DNA of 64,000 nucleotides from Candidatus Latescibacterota bacterium (GTDB lineage Bacteria; Latescibacterota; UBA2968; GCA-2709665). Location of the stretch: contig OZ250150.1 in assembly GCA_965237675.1 (NCBI GenBank), positions 5,504,001-5,568,000 of the forward strand. The letters are read 5' to 3'. The notes below the pieces were generated by a model. That model saw nothing but the letters and a program-made list of their open reading frames with translations. It was not told the DNA's origin and ran no database searches. A program made the position numbers and the translations under genes. Positions 9,381 through 19,681 of the stretch are shown piece after piece; within the stretch, counting starts at the first letter, position 1; the number at the start of each line of letters is the position of its first letter.

Positions 9381-9661
9381 GTCCGCAAAAAAAAATCGCG
9401 GACAGCAATCAGTTCACAGCAGTCAGCCAGAAGAAAACAGCCAAAAGCAGATAGCGAAAAGCCAATTAATCGATGTGAGCGCCGCGACGTGGCCGGATCG
9501 GAAAAGACGCTGCGAGGGCAGGATGCCCTCGATCCCAGGAGTCAAAAGCATCGGTCAGCAATCAGTTCACAGCAGTCAGCCAGAAGCAAACAGCGAGAAG
9601 CCAACCAGGCGAACGTCACCGCCGTGACGTGGCGATTGGCTAACCAGGTACTTAAAGGGGA

Positions 9662-9829
9662 TTAACAGTCCGTTGATAAAGTCGCTCTGCAGGCGAGGCC
9701 GAGTCATTGTGGCCGAAGATAAGGCGCGCGACCGCGTCGAATCGGGGGATTCGGGGAGGGAGTGCAACGCAGTAATTCGGCCACAAGGGCCGGCCGCAGC
9801 CCGGATGGACTTTTTCAACGGGCTGTTAA
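9662..9829. mobile_element. MITE, duplicated copy
   Basis: Same terminal inverted repeats as 5525-5692. Confidence 0.75.
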
Positions 9830-9905
9830 GGGCGCACCAGAACAAAGCCTGCCAATAGGTAATACTGGCAGGCGAGTTGTTGACGGGATTGTCGGGCGGA
9901 TGTTT

Positions 9906-10154
9906 TTACTCTTTGGCGTTTATTTTTGCTTCGTTCGCGGCAACGCGCTCCCCGAAGGAATCCAAACGTAAATCAATTGCATCAAACTTGGTTTCCATTT
10001 TATTTTCTAATTCGCCTATTCTTTGAGTCAGTCGATCTTCCAATCTATCTATTCTTTGATTGATTCCAGATGAGAAACTCCATAGAGATCCCCATAAGGC
10101 CAGTAGAAAAATGGCGAATCGAAGATTGTCTTCATTGAAGATTTTACCGTTCAT
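9906..10154 (-). CDS. Small membrane-anchored coiled-coil protein, copy 2
   Basis: Identical translation to 5769-6017. Confidence 0.65.
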   Translation of the reverse strand: MNGKIFNEDNLRFAIFLLALWGSLWSFSSGINQRIDRLEDRLTQRIGELENKMETKFDAIDLRLDSFGERVAANEAKINAKE

Positions 10155-10484
10155 GTTACACCCCGGAGGATGGATTTGCCGTGTGCTCCGTTACAGTAGA
10201 AATCTAACATATCCGGGGGTCTTGTCAAGCCGAAATGTTTCACGGGAGATTGCTATGAGTTCTACGGATGAAGGTCGGGAAAAGCCGGTTGTGGAGGTTG
10301 CGGACAGTCCGTATCAACCGACGAAGGCGGAGATGGAAGAGGATTCATTAAATCATAGAGAATTTCTGCAACCTATGCAAGACGTTGACGTAGCGGGACG
10401 GTATTTCCAGACCACGGACTGGTGGCGACCGGCCGGTCGCCCCTACGGTCATCGATAGGCGGACAGCGGACGGCGCGATGCGCG

Positions 10485-10802
10485 TCAGTCGATCAATACC
10501 GCCGTGCCGCTTACCGAGACCATCAGCATGCTGCCGCCTCCGACGACTTCGTAGTCCAGGTCGATGCCCACGACGGCGTTGGCGCCCGCCAGACGTGCAA
10601 CTTCCTCCATTTCCCCGAACGCGATCTCGCGGGCTCGCTTCAGTTCCTTTTCATAAGCGGCCGAACGCCCGCCCACGATGTCCCGGATTCCTGCGAAAAA
10701 GTCCTTGAAAATGTTCGCGCCGAGAATCGCCTCCCCGGTCACGATGCCCCTGTAGTCGCGGATGGGTTTGCCTTCGATACCGGGTGTGGTGGTCATTATC
10801 AT
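10485..10802 (-). CDS. ybjQ: YbjQ/UPF0145 heavy-metal-binding family protein
   Basis: [41 protein letters not shown]...[13 protein letters not shown]...GTAV. Confidence 0.93.
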   Translation of the reverse strand: MIMTTTPGIEGKPIRDYRGIVTGEAILGANIFKDFFAGIRDIVGGRSAAYEKELKRAREIAFGEMEEVARLAGANAVVGIDLDYEVVGGGSMLMVSVSGTAVLID

Positions 10803-10879
10803 GGGTGTGCCTCCTCAGATTGGTTGGACGTTTGACGGCATGTGAGCCTTCCGCCGGTGCACGGCGCCGGTCTGCCATC

Positions 10880-11043
10880 AGAAGCTGTTTTAAAACCCCC
10901 GGCGGTCTCCGCGCGGCTGCAAAAGCGTCGGTCTGCGTTGGTCAAATCCACCCGTATCTATAGATACGGGCGCCTTCGCCCGCCTGGACCGACACCTTTT
11001 CGCTCGCGCTCGGGAACGCACCAGGAATTTTGAAACAGCTTCT
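10880..11043. mobile_element. MITE
   Basis: Terminal inverted repeats AGAAGCTGTTTTAAAA / TTTTGAAACAGCTTCT (15/16). A related shorter copy is at 19597-19681. Confidence 0.7.
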
Positions 11044-11051
11044 CGCGCAGC

Positions 11052-11915
11052 CTATTTGTAGCTGTTGCAGACGATGGCGAGCCAGCGGTCCGTACTCATC
11101 CAGCCCTGGCCCCAGGACTGCCATTTCTCCGGCACCCCGGCGGCCTGGATTTCCTCGAGTGTCTTGCCGGCCGCGATGGCTTTCTGAACGAGGTCCGCGC
11201 TCATTTCCAGCATGTCCAGCGCCGTCTTCAGGTCTTCCCGACCGGCAAGCGGGCCGTGCCCCGGGATGATTTGCGCGTCGGCCGGAATTCGCTTCAGGAG
11301 GGACCTCGTGGCCTCAATATAGCCCTGAACGCTCCCCCCGCCGCCGAGGTCCACGTACGGAAATCTGCCGTTGAAAAAAAGGTCCCCGGTGTGAACGACG
11401 TTGGATTCAGTAAAGAAAACGACGCCGTCGCCGTCGGTGTGGGCGTTCGGAAAGTGGACGACGCCCAATTCTTCGCCGTTGAAGTGAATCGACAGTCCTT
11501 CGTTGAACGTGATTTCCGGGAGGGCGGCTTCAGGCAGGGGTTTGTCGTCGACACGCCTGGCCGCAAGGCGGGTTCGGACGTTCCGGTGCGCGACAATGAC
11601 GCCTTTCCCGCCGAAATGCGCGTTTCCACCGGTGTGGTCGCCGTGGTAGTGCGTATTCAGGATAAAGGTCGGATCGCCACCCCCCAACTCACCGATGGCG
11701 GCCCTGATCTTCTCCGCCAGCGGCGCGAACTGGTCGTCGATGATCAGCACGCCGTCCGCGCCAACGGACACGCCGATGTTTCCGCCGCTCCCCTCAAGCA
11801 TATAGACGCGGTCCGTAAGTTGGGTGGCGTTGATCTCGACCGCGGAAAAATCCCTCTGCGCGAATGCCGTGCCGGAAACGGCCAGCAACACGGCCAACGG
11901 TATCCATCTGGACAT
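11052..11915 (-). CDS. Secreted MBL-fold metallo-hydrolase (cyclase-like)
   Basis: Signal peptide; NTHYHGDHTGGN, AHTDGD, HTGD, IPGHG. Confidence 0.92.
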   Translation of the reverse strand: MSRWIPLAVLLAVSGTAFAQRDFSAVEINATQLTDRVYMLEGSGGNIGVSVGADGVLIIDDQFAPLAEKIRAAIGELGGGDPTFILNTHYHGDHTGGNAHFGGKGVIVAHRNVRTRLAARRVDDKPLPEAALPEITFNEGLSIHFNGEELGVVHFPNAHTDGDGVVFFTESNVVHTGDLFFNGRFPYVDLGGGGSVQGYIEATRSLLKRIPADAQIIPGHGPLAGREDLKTALDMLEMSADLVQKAIAAGKTLEEIQAAGVPEKWQSWGQGWMSTDRWLAIVCNSYK

Positions 11916-11947
11916 GGCAAAGATCCTCCAAAAACACGTATGCGGTT

Positions 11948-12065
11948 TGTAGGGGCAACCCTTGTGGTTGCCCGCGTCGCGGCGAGCAGCAAAAAACCGT
12001 CAGCGTACGGCAACTGGCATACAGCATAAAGCCTATCAATCGACGTCTGCGCCGTGACGTGGCAG
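11948..12065. repeat. REP-like element with heptamer tract
   Basis: GTAGGGGCAACCCTTGTGGTTGCCC plus GCCGTGACGTGGC, as in the 3.9 kb and 7.1 kb clusters. Confidence 0.7.
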
Positions 12066-12249
12066 GGGCAACAAGGGCGCGCAGCGGGGGGGCCCTCTTA
12101 CTTCTAACGTCTTGCTTCTCACCGGCGTATGGGCTTCTCGCGGAATCAAAAAGGCCCCGGAGCCGAGCTCCCGGACCTTCTGATACCATTCTCGCCAGCA
12201 ACTCAGCGCAGGGCTCGAATTGACCGCCGTTTAGCGCTCAAAAATTCTC

Positions 12250-12978
12250 CTATGCCGTCTGTCCGTCGATGGTCCCCACCTTGATCTTCAACTCATCCCG
12301 ATTCACAACGCGGTCGATGCGCCCGTCGCGCACCCACACCACCCGATCGGATACGTTCAGCATCTTATGATCGTGGGTTGCCGACACCACCGTGACGCCG
12401 GAGTCCTTGTTCATCTGACGCAGCAGTTCGATAATTTCCGTACCGGTGCGCAAGTCCAGGTTTCCGGTGGGTTCGTCGGCCAGAATCAGCGCCGGATCGT
12501 TTGCGAACGCCCGGGCTACGGCCACGCGCTGTTGCTGTCCGCCCGAAAGCTCGAACGGCTTATGCGACACCCGGTCACCCAAGCCCACCTTCTCCAATAG
12601 ACCCACCCCTTTATCCCGTGCCTCGTCGCTGGTCAACCCCGCAAAAACCATGGGCAACGTCACGTTCTCCAATGCCGTCATCACCGGAATCAGATTGAAC
12701 GTCTGGAAAATATACCCGATTTTCCGGCAGCGCAACCATGCCAGTTCATAAGCGTCGAGTTGCGCAACGTCCACGTCGTCAATGTACACCTTGCCGCCGC
12801 TAGGTTTGTCAAGCCCGCCGACCATATTGAACAAGGTGGTTTTTCCCGAGCCCGAAGGTCCCATAATAGAGATGTACTCGCCCTGTTCAATTTCGATATC
12901 CACCCCTTTGAGCGCGGCGACCTCCACGTCACCCATCTTATAGATCTTTTTCACACCCTGCGTCCGTACGACGGCCAT
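12250..12978 (-). CDS. ABC transporter ATP-binding protein (LolD/MacB type)
   Basis: [30 protein letters not shown]. Confidence 0.95.
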   Translation of the reverse strand: MAVVRTQGVKKIYKMGDVEVAALKGVDIEIEQGEYISIMGPSGSGKTTLFNMVGGLDKPSGGKVYIDDVDVAQLDAYELAWLRCRKIGYIFQTFNLIPVMTALENVTLPMVFAGLTSDEARDKGVGLLEKVGLGDRVSHKPFELSGGQQQRVAVARAFANDPALILADEPTGNLDLRTGTEIIELLRQMNKDSGVTVVSATHDHKMLNVSDRVVWVRDGRIDRVVNRDELKIKVGTIDGQTA

Positions 12979-13052
12979 CGTCGCCCTCCAGGAAAGTTGT
13001 CGCGTTACAGAGGGGTCACTACCCCCGGATGGATGGTCTCACGACTTAAAGG

Positions 13053-13742
13053 CTACACTTCCAACCGCATGGCGTCGACGGGCTCCATTTTGGCGGCGCG
13101 ATAGGCGGGCAGAATTCCGCCCATCAGAGAAAGGAACGAACCCAGCACAATCGCCCACACCCCGCGTTCCAGAATGCTGGGCCACGGTACGTAATCGATG
13201 ACGGGGTTGCCATAGCCGATCCACGACGTCAGAATGGAAAGCAGAAAACCCACAACCACGCCCAGAACGGTTCCGGCCATGCCCATAAACGAGGACTCCA
13301 GAATAAATAGCTTGATAATAAATCCATCCAGCGCTCCCATGCACTTCATGGTGCCGATCTCCCGGAAGCGCTCGGTGACGGACATCAGCATCGCGTTCGT
13401 GATCCCCACGAGGCAAACCAGCAGGGACAGCACAACAAGCCAGGTGTTCTTGGCCTCCTCCTGTCGGTTGGCCTCGCTCTCCTGGCTGATGTCAATCCCT
13501 TTCTGCTGGAGAATCAGGTTCATCTTTGGATCGTTGGCGTCCCGCAGGCTGTTTACGATAGAGCTGGTTGTCCAGATGGACATCAGGAAGGCGATGGCCA
13601 GAACAATGCTGCTCACGGTAATCAAGGACCGCCCGAACCGGATCTTCACGCTGTTGAAACTGATCTCGACGGCCTTTCTGATTGGCAGTTTGACCTGCGT
13701 GCCGATTTCCCGGCGGACAGGCGAAGTAGAACTTTGCGCCAT
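13053..13742 (-). CDS. FtsX-like ABC permease
   Basis: NAMLMSVTERFREIGTMKCMGA...PAYRAAKMEPVDAMR; four hydrophobic segments. Confidence 0.92.
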   Translation of the reverse strand: MAQSSTSPVRREIGTQVKLPIRKAVEISFNSVKIRFGRSLITVSSIVLAIAFLMSIWTTSSIVNSLRDANDPKMNLILQQKGIDISQESEANRQEEAKNTWLVVLSLLVCLVGITNAMLMSVTERFREIGTMKCMGALDGFIIKLFILESSFMGMAGTVLGVVVGFLLSILTSWIGYGNPVIDYVPWPSILERGVWAIVLGSFLSLMGGILPAYRAAKMEPVDAMRLEV

Positions 13743-13814
13743 AAACTCCTCCAACAACAAACTGAACAAACGCCGGGACGCGGACCCCGGTTGCCGCCGA
13801 TGCGGCGGCCAGCT

Positions 13815-15491
13815 CTATCTGACTTCCGTGTCGGGCATCGCCGGGACGGACGTGCGCCCCTGGCGTTTCGAATAATACGCCCGGTCCGCCAACAGCTTTC
13901 TTGCCCGGTTGAACAATGCCGTCGTCTGAACGATTTCCGGATCCTGACTCACCGCGACCCGGCCCGCCTCCCGGTCTCCCCAGCGGAATTTCGCGAAATA
14001 TCTTTTAACCTGCCGTTTTATCAGATCGACGCCCGATTCGAAATCTCCATCTGTAAACGTCAGATCGTTATCCCACGCCTTCAGGAAAGCCTTGAATTCG
14101 GATATCTCGCGTGCGCCCGGTGTATAATGTTGAAGATAGACCCCAAAATCCGAATACCCGCGGGTGAAGTCCGACCCGTGCCGGCTGGCAAATTCGAAAA
14201 AGTGCCGCGGGGTCAACCGCTGTTCAAAATCGCCCGGCCGCACCGATTCCAATTCCACGTCGGGTGTGATTCCGCCGCTGCCGTACACCTTCCGGTGCAA
14301 TATCTGCGTAAAATAGACCGGTCGTGAGCGCACGCTGTCCGGATCGGCATTCGGATCGTAACCGTCGTGCGCCTCAAACAGATATGCCCGCCTGTCGTTG
14401 GAATACGGCCGCTGGATCGGGCGCTCGCTGGGCGTGAAATAACGCGCAACGGTGAGCAGAACCGCGCCGCCGTTTTTGAGCGAATACTGCTTTTGGACCA
14501 GCCCTTTACCAAACGTGGTTCGCCCTACGATAAGTCCGCGATCGTAGTCCTGAACAGCGCCCGCCACAATTTCCGAAGCGCTGGCGCTGTAGTTGTCGAC
14601 GAGCACCATCAGCGGCATGTCGAGGGGAACAACGGGGTCACGGTCCGTAAAATGATCTTCACGGGAACCCTTTCTGCGGCCCTCTGTATACACCAGGAGT
14701 TGGTCCTTTTCGAGGAACTGATCCGCCACTGCCACGGCCTGTTCCAGGTACCCGCCACTGTTGCCGCGCAAATCGAGAATCAGCTTTTGCATGCCCTGCG
14801 CGATCAGGCCGTCGAGAGCGACCCGCAACTCTCGGGACGTACGACTCGCGAACCGGTCGATCTTCACATAACCCACGTCGGAATTCAGTTTGAACACATA
14901 CGGCACGCTGGGCACTTCAATTTTGTCTCGAATGATTTCAAACGCGAGGGGGTCGGCCACGCCCGGCCGGTGAACCAGAACATTCACCCGGCTGCCCTTC
15001 GGGCCCTTGAGCCGCTTTTTCACCTCATCGGTCTTCCGCACGCCAACCACCGACACCCCATCGATTTTCACAATACGGTCGCCCGCCTGAAGGCCGGCCT
15101 TATAGGCCGGCGCTCCGACAATTGGAGACAGGACCGTCAGCTGGCTCCCGATAATATCGAAATAAATCCCGATCCCCTCAAAGGAGCCCTGCATCCGTTC
15201 CTGAGTATCCTGGAGTTCCTCCGGCGAAATATAGGTTGAATGGGGGTCCAGCCGGGAGAGATAGCCTTCGATTGCGCCGTGATACAGCTCGACCGGATCG
15301 GTCGTTTCATAGTACTGCCGCCGTACCAGGGCGGCCAGCTGATCCAGTGTATGCGCCTGCATCGCCGTATTCACGCGCGGCGCGGGGTCCGCGACGGCCA
15401 TGCCTGGACGACCCGCTGTCCACACCAGGATCAGGAGGAGAATAACCCGACGTATGACCGACATACAACCCTTTCGGAAGTCTCGCGACAT
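13815..15491 (-). CDS. S41A carboxyl-terminal processing protease with PDZ (CtpA-like)
   Basis: LDPHS, GIGI PDZ, DLRGNSGG, SASASEIVAGA, TFGKGLVQ, GITPD. Confidence 0.95.
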   Translation of the reverse strand: MSRDFRKGCMSVIRRVILLLILVWTAGRPGMAVADPAPRVNTAMQAHTLDQLAALVRRQYYETTDPVELYHGAIEGYLSRLDPHSTYISPEELQDTQERMQGSFEGIGIYFDIIGSQLTVLSPIVGAPAYKAGLQAGDRIVKIDGVSVVGVRKTDEVKKRLKGPKGSRVNVLVHRPGVADPLAFEIIRDKIEVPSVPYVFKLNSDVGYVKIDRFASRTSRELRVALDGLIAQGMQKLILDLRGNSGGYLEQAVAVADQFLEKDQLLVYTEGRRKGSREDHFTDRDPVVPLDMPLMVLVDNYSASASEIVAGAVQDYDRGLIVGRTTFGKGLVQKQYSLKNGGAVLLTVARYFTPSERPIQRPYSNDRRAYLFEAHDGYDPNADPDSVRSRPVYFTQILHRKVYGSGGITPDVELESVRPGDFEQRLTPRHFFEFASRHGSDFTRGYSDFGVYLQHYTPGAREISEFKAFLKAWDNDLTFTDGDFESGVDLIKRQVKRYFAKFRWGDREAGRVAVSQDPEIVQTTALFNRARKLLADRAYYSKRQGRTSVPAMPDTEVR

Positions 15492-15520
15492 CTGGTTCTA
15501 ATCGCCAAAAAACGCGATTC

Positions 15521-15549
15521 AACATAATGACGGCGACCGGAGATGTCAA
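15521..15549 (-). promoter_or_regulatory. sigma70-like promoter for the S41 protease operon
   Basis: TTGACA-N17-TATGTT. Confidence 0.55.
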
Positions 15550-15599
15550 GGAGAAACCGCATCCACCGGGGGTTGACGGGACCGGATCGGCGGTCGTTT

Positions 15600-16304
15600 C
15601 TATTTTTTCAGCTTATACATCGAAAACACCAGAAGCTGCTTGGAGAAAAGGTAGTATTCTTTGAAATTCAGCTTGCTGGTGCTGTACTGCCGGTTGCGGA
15701 ACACATAGGGCACCTCGGCAAATGTCGAATAGGTTCCCTTGACCAGAATCTCCAGCAAAATCTTGTACCCCGGCGAAGTCAGCGTCACACCCTGCAGCAC
15801 CCGGCGATGAAGGAAAAAATATCCGCTGAGCGGATCCTGCACACCGGTCAGCTGCCGCGCGGCGAGGACGCCGACCTGCGAGATCATCTTTCGATACCAC
15901 GGCCACCTTTCCACGCGGCTGCCGGGATTGTAGCGGCTGCCCAGCGCAAGATCGTATTTCCGCAGCTCGAGAATCAACCGCGGCAGTACCATCGGATCGT
16001 GGCTCAGGTCCGCGTCGATTACACCCAGATAGTCGCGGCTTGACTTCTGAAACCCCTCCATCACGGCGCTGCCCAGACCAAGCTTGCCGGCTCTGTGTAC
16101 CACCTTAACGGGATATCGGTCACGGAGCGCTTCCGCTTCCTCGCCGGTGCCATCCGGTGAATCATCGTCCACCACAATCAACTCCAGGTCGATTTCCGGG
16201 TGCTGCCCGACCGCCGAAAAGACCTCGTCCGCCAGAAGTGAAATGTTCGCCCGCTCGTTGTAGGTCGGCGTAATCAGAGACACGCGCAACGGGGTTTCAC
16301 CCAT
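15600..16304 (-). CDS. Polyprenol monophosphomannose synthase-like GT2 glycosyltransferase
   Basis: PTYNE, VDDDSPDGT, KLGLGSA, DADLSHDP, GSRY, DPLSGY, SKL. Confidence 0.92.
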   Translation of the reverse strand: MGETPLRVSLITPTYNERANISLLADEVFSAVGQHPEIDLELIVVDDDSPDGTGEEAEALRDRYPVKVVHRAGKLGLGSAVMEGFQKSSRDYLGVIDADLSHDPMVLPRLILELRKYDLALGSRYNPGSRVERWPWYRKMISQVGVLAARQLTGVQDPLSGYFFLHRRVLQGVTLTSPGYKILLEILVKGTYSTFAEVPYVFRNRQYSTSKLNFKEYYLFSKQLLVFSMYKLKK

Positions 16305-16402
16305 ACCAATCACCTCACGAGATGAGGCCAAGTGGGTTGACAACGTCGATGGCGTCACAGGCGGGGATTGGAAACAACCGAATCCTGTGCGAGAGGTGTC
16401 GA

Positions 16403-17323
16403 TTACCGGCCGTCGACTCCCATTTCCCTGCCAAGCCGCTCCAGATTATCGGAAAAAGATCGGAACACCGGATTGAAAAGCCTGCGGGCGCGATCCAGCT
16501 TAAGGCCCGCCCCGGGGGGTCTGAGAGCGATTTGCCCCAATTCCCCGGAAGTTACCGGAACAACCAGATCTGCGTCCAGATCGAAACAGCGGCAAATTCG
16601 TTCCACCATTTCATACCTGCTCAGAAATTCAGGCCCCGCAAAGTGGACCACACCACGGAATTCCTGGTTGCACAGTCCAAGGAGGAACACCGCAAGTTCA
16701 TCCACACAGGTCGGGTTTGACCATTCGTCGGTAACAACCCGGATGGTTTCGCCCCCAAGCAGGGACTCCAGCGCCCACGTCACGAAATTGGGCCGGCAAC
16801 CCGAACGGTACCCATATAGTACTGCCGTCCGGACCACAAGTCCCTGACACGAGGACGCCAGCACGCCCGCCTCGGCTTCCAACTTGGTCCGGCCGTAAAC
16901 GTTTACCGGATTGGTGGGGTCGGTCTCGGCGTAAGGACCGGCCAGACCGTCGAATACATAGTTCGTCGAAACGGTCACCAGACCGCTGCCGGCGTGTTCG
17001 CACGCCCGGATCAGGTTCCCGGTGCCGCACACGTTGACGCGGTACGCCAGGTCCGGATCACGCTCGCACCGGTCCACGCCGGCCTCGGCAGCCGCATTGA
17101 TGACCCAATCGGGGTGCGCGCGTGCAATCGCCTCCTCCACCGCCTCCGCATCCGTGACGTCCATCCGCAGACAATCCGACCCCGAAAACGTCGGTCCAGG
17201 CGCGCGGGCGGCCGGCACCCGGCGTACCCCCTCAAACGGTACGTCACAAAGCGCCCGGCCCAGAAAACCTGAAGCGCCCACAATCAAAACGGTCTGTAAA
17301 GACCCATCGTTCATTGGTACCAC
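16403..17323 (-). CDS. dTDP-4-dehydrorhamnose reductase-like SDR (RmlD family)
   Basis: GASGFLG, STNYVFDG, YGRTK, DEWSNPT. Confidence 0.9.
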   Translation of the reverse strand: MVPMNDGSLQTVLIVGASGFLGRALCDVPFEGVRRVPAARAPGPTFSGSDCLRMDVTDAEAVEEAIARAHPDWVINAAAEAGVDRCERDPDLAYRVNVCGTGNLIRACEHAGSGLVTVSTNYVFDGLAGPYAETDPTNPVNVYGRTKLEAEAGVLASSCQGLVVRTAVLYGYRSGCRPNFVTWALESLLGGETIRVVTDEWSNPTCVDELAVFLLGLCNQEFRGVVHFAGPEFLSRYEMVERICRCFDLDADLVVPVTSGELGQIALRPPGAGLKLDRARRLFNPVFRSFSDNLERLGREMGVDGR

Positions 17324-17332
17324 CCGGCTACG

Positions 17333-18940
17333 TTAGGGACGCCCCGGTTCCTTTTCTCGTTTTCTCAGTGTGGACGGCGCCACCTGCCCCTTACCCAGGC
17401 GCAGGTACATTTCCATCCCCCTGTATAGCGCGCCCGCACTGGCCGCACGATCGAGATGGGGGCTCGCCAGCGCCGTGAGAATACCACCGGCCGCTTCCCT
17501 ATAGGGCGAATGCCCTGTCTGTGCGAACAACCTTGAAAGCACCTGAACGGCCACACCGTTTCCAGATGGAACCAGACGGTCCACCGCCGGGGTAACAGCC
17601 GCGCCCCGCTCCGGCCAACGGTCGCAAAGCGCACCCGAGGTATCTCGAAATCGCTCCAGTATCACATCCGCGAGTTCCGTGGCAAACTCCAGTAAACCGG
17701 GGTTTCCCCCCGCGTTGTAGAGATCCAGTGCGGCCCGCGCGACCAGGGCCTGGTCAGACAGCAGGAAGAGCGGCCCTTCAGGCGGTTCCAGTACGTGCCG
17801 CATACCGCCGTCCGGATGGGTAAGTCGAGTGCGGAGGGTCGCCATAACCCGGCGTCCAAGATCCAGATAGGCGGCTCTTCCTGAAGCCTGATGAAGCGCG
17901 ACAAACCCGGTAACGGCCAGGGCGTTCCACGACGTGTATACAGCGGGGTCTCTGGCGGGCGGGCGCCCCGCCTCCAGCAGGACCTCGCTTCCGGATTGCC
18001 CGGAAAACCCCGCGAGGCCGGCAACAAACACGTCCTTCCGCGACTCAAATAAGCCCGCCAGAAGCGCATCGCCCAAACGTACCGCCGCCGCGGTGTCCAC
18101 CCGCGCCAGAACCGCCAGCCATCCCGCATTCGAGGCAAGCGTCTTCTCACGATCGAGCACGGCCCCGTCCGGTGTGAGCAGGCGCTGGAAGAAAGTCCCG
18201 TCGGAATCGCGCAACGGGCTTGAGACCATCAATTTCAGCCGCTCCAGCGCAAGCGTCCGCGCCGCAACGTCAGCGGTATCCAGAAGCGTGAGAAAAGCCT
18301 CCGCACCCAGTTCCTCGCCTCGTTCCATCGCAGCCACGGTGCTGTCCGTAAACTGGTGAAACAGGCCCGGCGAAGGCGTCGCGGGCGGGCGACGGGGCGC
18401 TTCTGCTGCCGACCAACGCGCCAGGTTCCGCCGTGCACGGTCAAAATCCGCCCATCGCTTCGGGTTATTGAAATAGACTCGTACCCGGCGCAACAGTTCC
18501 CGCAAATCTTCCGGATCCGGATACGTGGACCCGGTCATCCAGTCACCATCGGGGGTCAGGATCGCCGTTGAAGGCCAGCCGCCCAGGCCGAATCGCTCCG
18601 CCAGATCGGGCCGCCGGTCCACGTCCACCCGTACCGGCCACGTGCCCTGCCCGATCGCCCGTACCAGTTCCGGGTCTTCGAAACAGCGTCTGACCATTTC
18701 CCGGCACCAGTAGGACCGGGTGGAATAAAGGTAAAGAAACAGAGGCCGATTGAGAACACGCGCGGAATCCCTCGCTGACCACGCGCGCCAGTTTACCCCG
18801 CCGGGCGGCGGCGCGGACAGGCCGGATATCGCGGCCGTTTCCGGGACCCGTTCGCATGCGGCGAACCCGGAACCCAGAGTCGCGCAAAGGCACGCGGGAA
18901 GCAACCGCCGGAACGCGGTTTTTCTGCTTATGCATTCCAT
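17333..18940 (-). CDS. Thioredoxin/DUF255 (YyaL-like) protein, probable lipoprotein
   Basis: WCREM, VDVDRRPDL, GGWPS, EKTLASNA, WNAL, PSGNG. Confidence 0.85.
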   Translation of the reverse strand: MECISRKTAFRRLLPACLCATLGSGFAACERVPETAAISGLSAPPPGGVNWRAWSARDSARVLNRPLFLYLYSTRSYWCREMVRRCFEDPELVRAIGQGTWPVRVDVDRRPDLAERFGLGGWPSTAILTPDGDWMTGSTYPDPEDLRELLRRVRVYFNNPKRWADFDRARRNLARWSAAEAPRRPPATPSPGLFHQFTDSTVAAMERGEELGAEAFLTLLDTADVAARTLALERLKLMVSSPLRDSDGTFFQRLLTPDGAVLDREKTLASNAGWLAVLARVDTAAAVRLGDALLAGLFESRKDVFVAGLAGFSGQSGSEVLLEAGRPPARDPAVYTSWNALAVTGFVALHQASGRAAYLDLGRRVMATLRTRLTHPDGGMRHVLEPPEGPLFLLSDQALVARAALDLYNAGGNPGLLEFATELADVILERFRDTSGALCDRWPERGAAVTPAVDRLVPSGNGVAVQVLSRLFAQTGHSPYREAAGGILTALASPHLDRAASAGALYRGMEMYLRLGKGQVAPSTLRKREKEPGRP

Positions 18941-19279
18941 GTCCGCTCAGCAAAAACCCCCGCGCCGCGCGCCGGTCCATGAGCCAGCAGCAATGAGCCA
19001 ATGGGAACGGCCGTCTATCTTCCCTGTACCGCAGCACCGGCCGGGAAAATTGTGACGGCCGAACGGAAAAGTCGGGAACCACCCTGCGCCAGATGCGTCT
19101 ATATCTTGAAATCGACAAAAAGACTTGACATGTTTACGGCGATTATCGTAATTTTCCCGCTTGGCGAGATCGGAGGACGTCCGATCCCCGGAAGCCCGAG
19201 GGAATGGTCTCCGGCGTCCGAGACTCCGGTTCCGCAAAGGCTCTAACGTCCCGCACCAATGGAGGACGCCTTCGAATCC

Positions 19280-19537
19280 TCACCGGATCTTCGCAAGCGG
19301 TATCGCCTCTTCGATCAGCATAATGGGGATGTTGTCTTCAATCGGATACAGATATGCGCCGTCCTCCCGAACGAGGCCTCCGTCAACCGGGTTCTCGACA
19401 GGGGTTCCCCCCCGATTGCACACCTCGCCCTTTTCAATTAGCCCGTTGATTCTTTCAATCAGTTCCCGACCTGCCAGACTGACGGGTGTTTTGTTCTCCG
19501 GGCAGGCCAGAATATCGAGCAGTTCCTTGTCGATCAC
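19280..19537 (-). CDS. Trm112/UPF0434 family protein
   Basis: IDKELLDILACP...YPIEDNIPIMLIEEA. Confidence 0.88.
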   Translation of the reverse strand: MIDKELLDILACPENKTPVSLAGRELIERINGLIEKGEVCNRGGTPVENPVDGGLVREDGAYLYPIEDNIPIMLIEEAIPLAKIR

Positions 19538-19596
19538 CCCGAGCCCCTTTCAAATACAGACATTCAAATCACGGATTTCGTCCTCGTCAACGCACG

Positions 19597-19681
19597 GAAG
19601 CTGTCTTAAAACCCCCGGCGGTCTTCGCGCGGCTGCAAAAGCGTCGGGCGGGGACTCACTCAGGAATCTTAAAGCAGCTTC
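19597..19681. mobile_element. Short MITE derivative
   Basis: GAAGCTGTCTTAAAACCCCCGGCGGTCT...GCAGCTTC, homologous to 10880-11043. Confidence 0.6.

Larger units (their letters stand above)
8457..10448. repeat. Tandem duplication unit, copy 2
   Basis: See copy 1. The right boundary lies at the REP palindrome GGCGACCGGCCGGTCGCCCCTACGG. Confidence 0.95.

Noticed and set aside
1-10500. CRISPR array near cas3
   Set aside because: No regularly spaced 25-40 bp direct repeats with unique spacers were seen. The repeats here are REP hairpins and heptamers.
19150-19300. tRNA-Sec, SRP, 6S or a named riboswitch
   Set aside because: Diagnostic motifs were not found by eye. It is kept only as an unassigned candidate.
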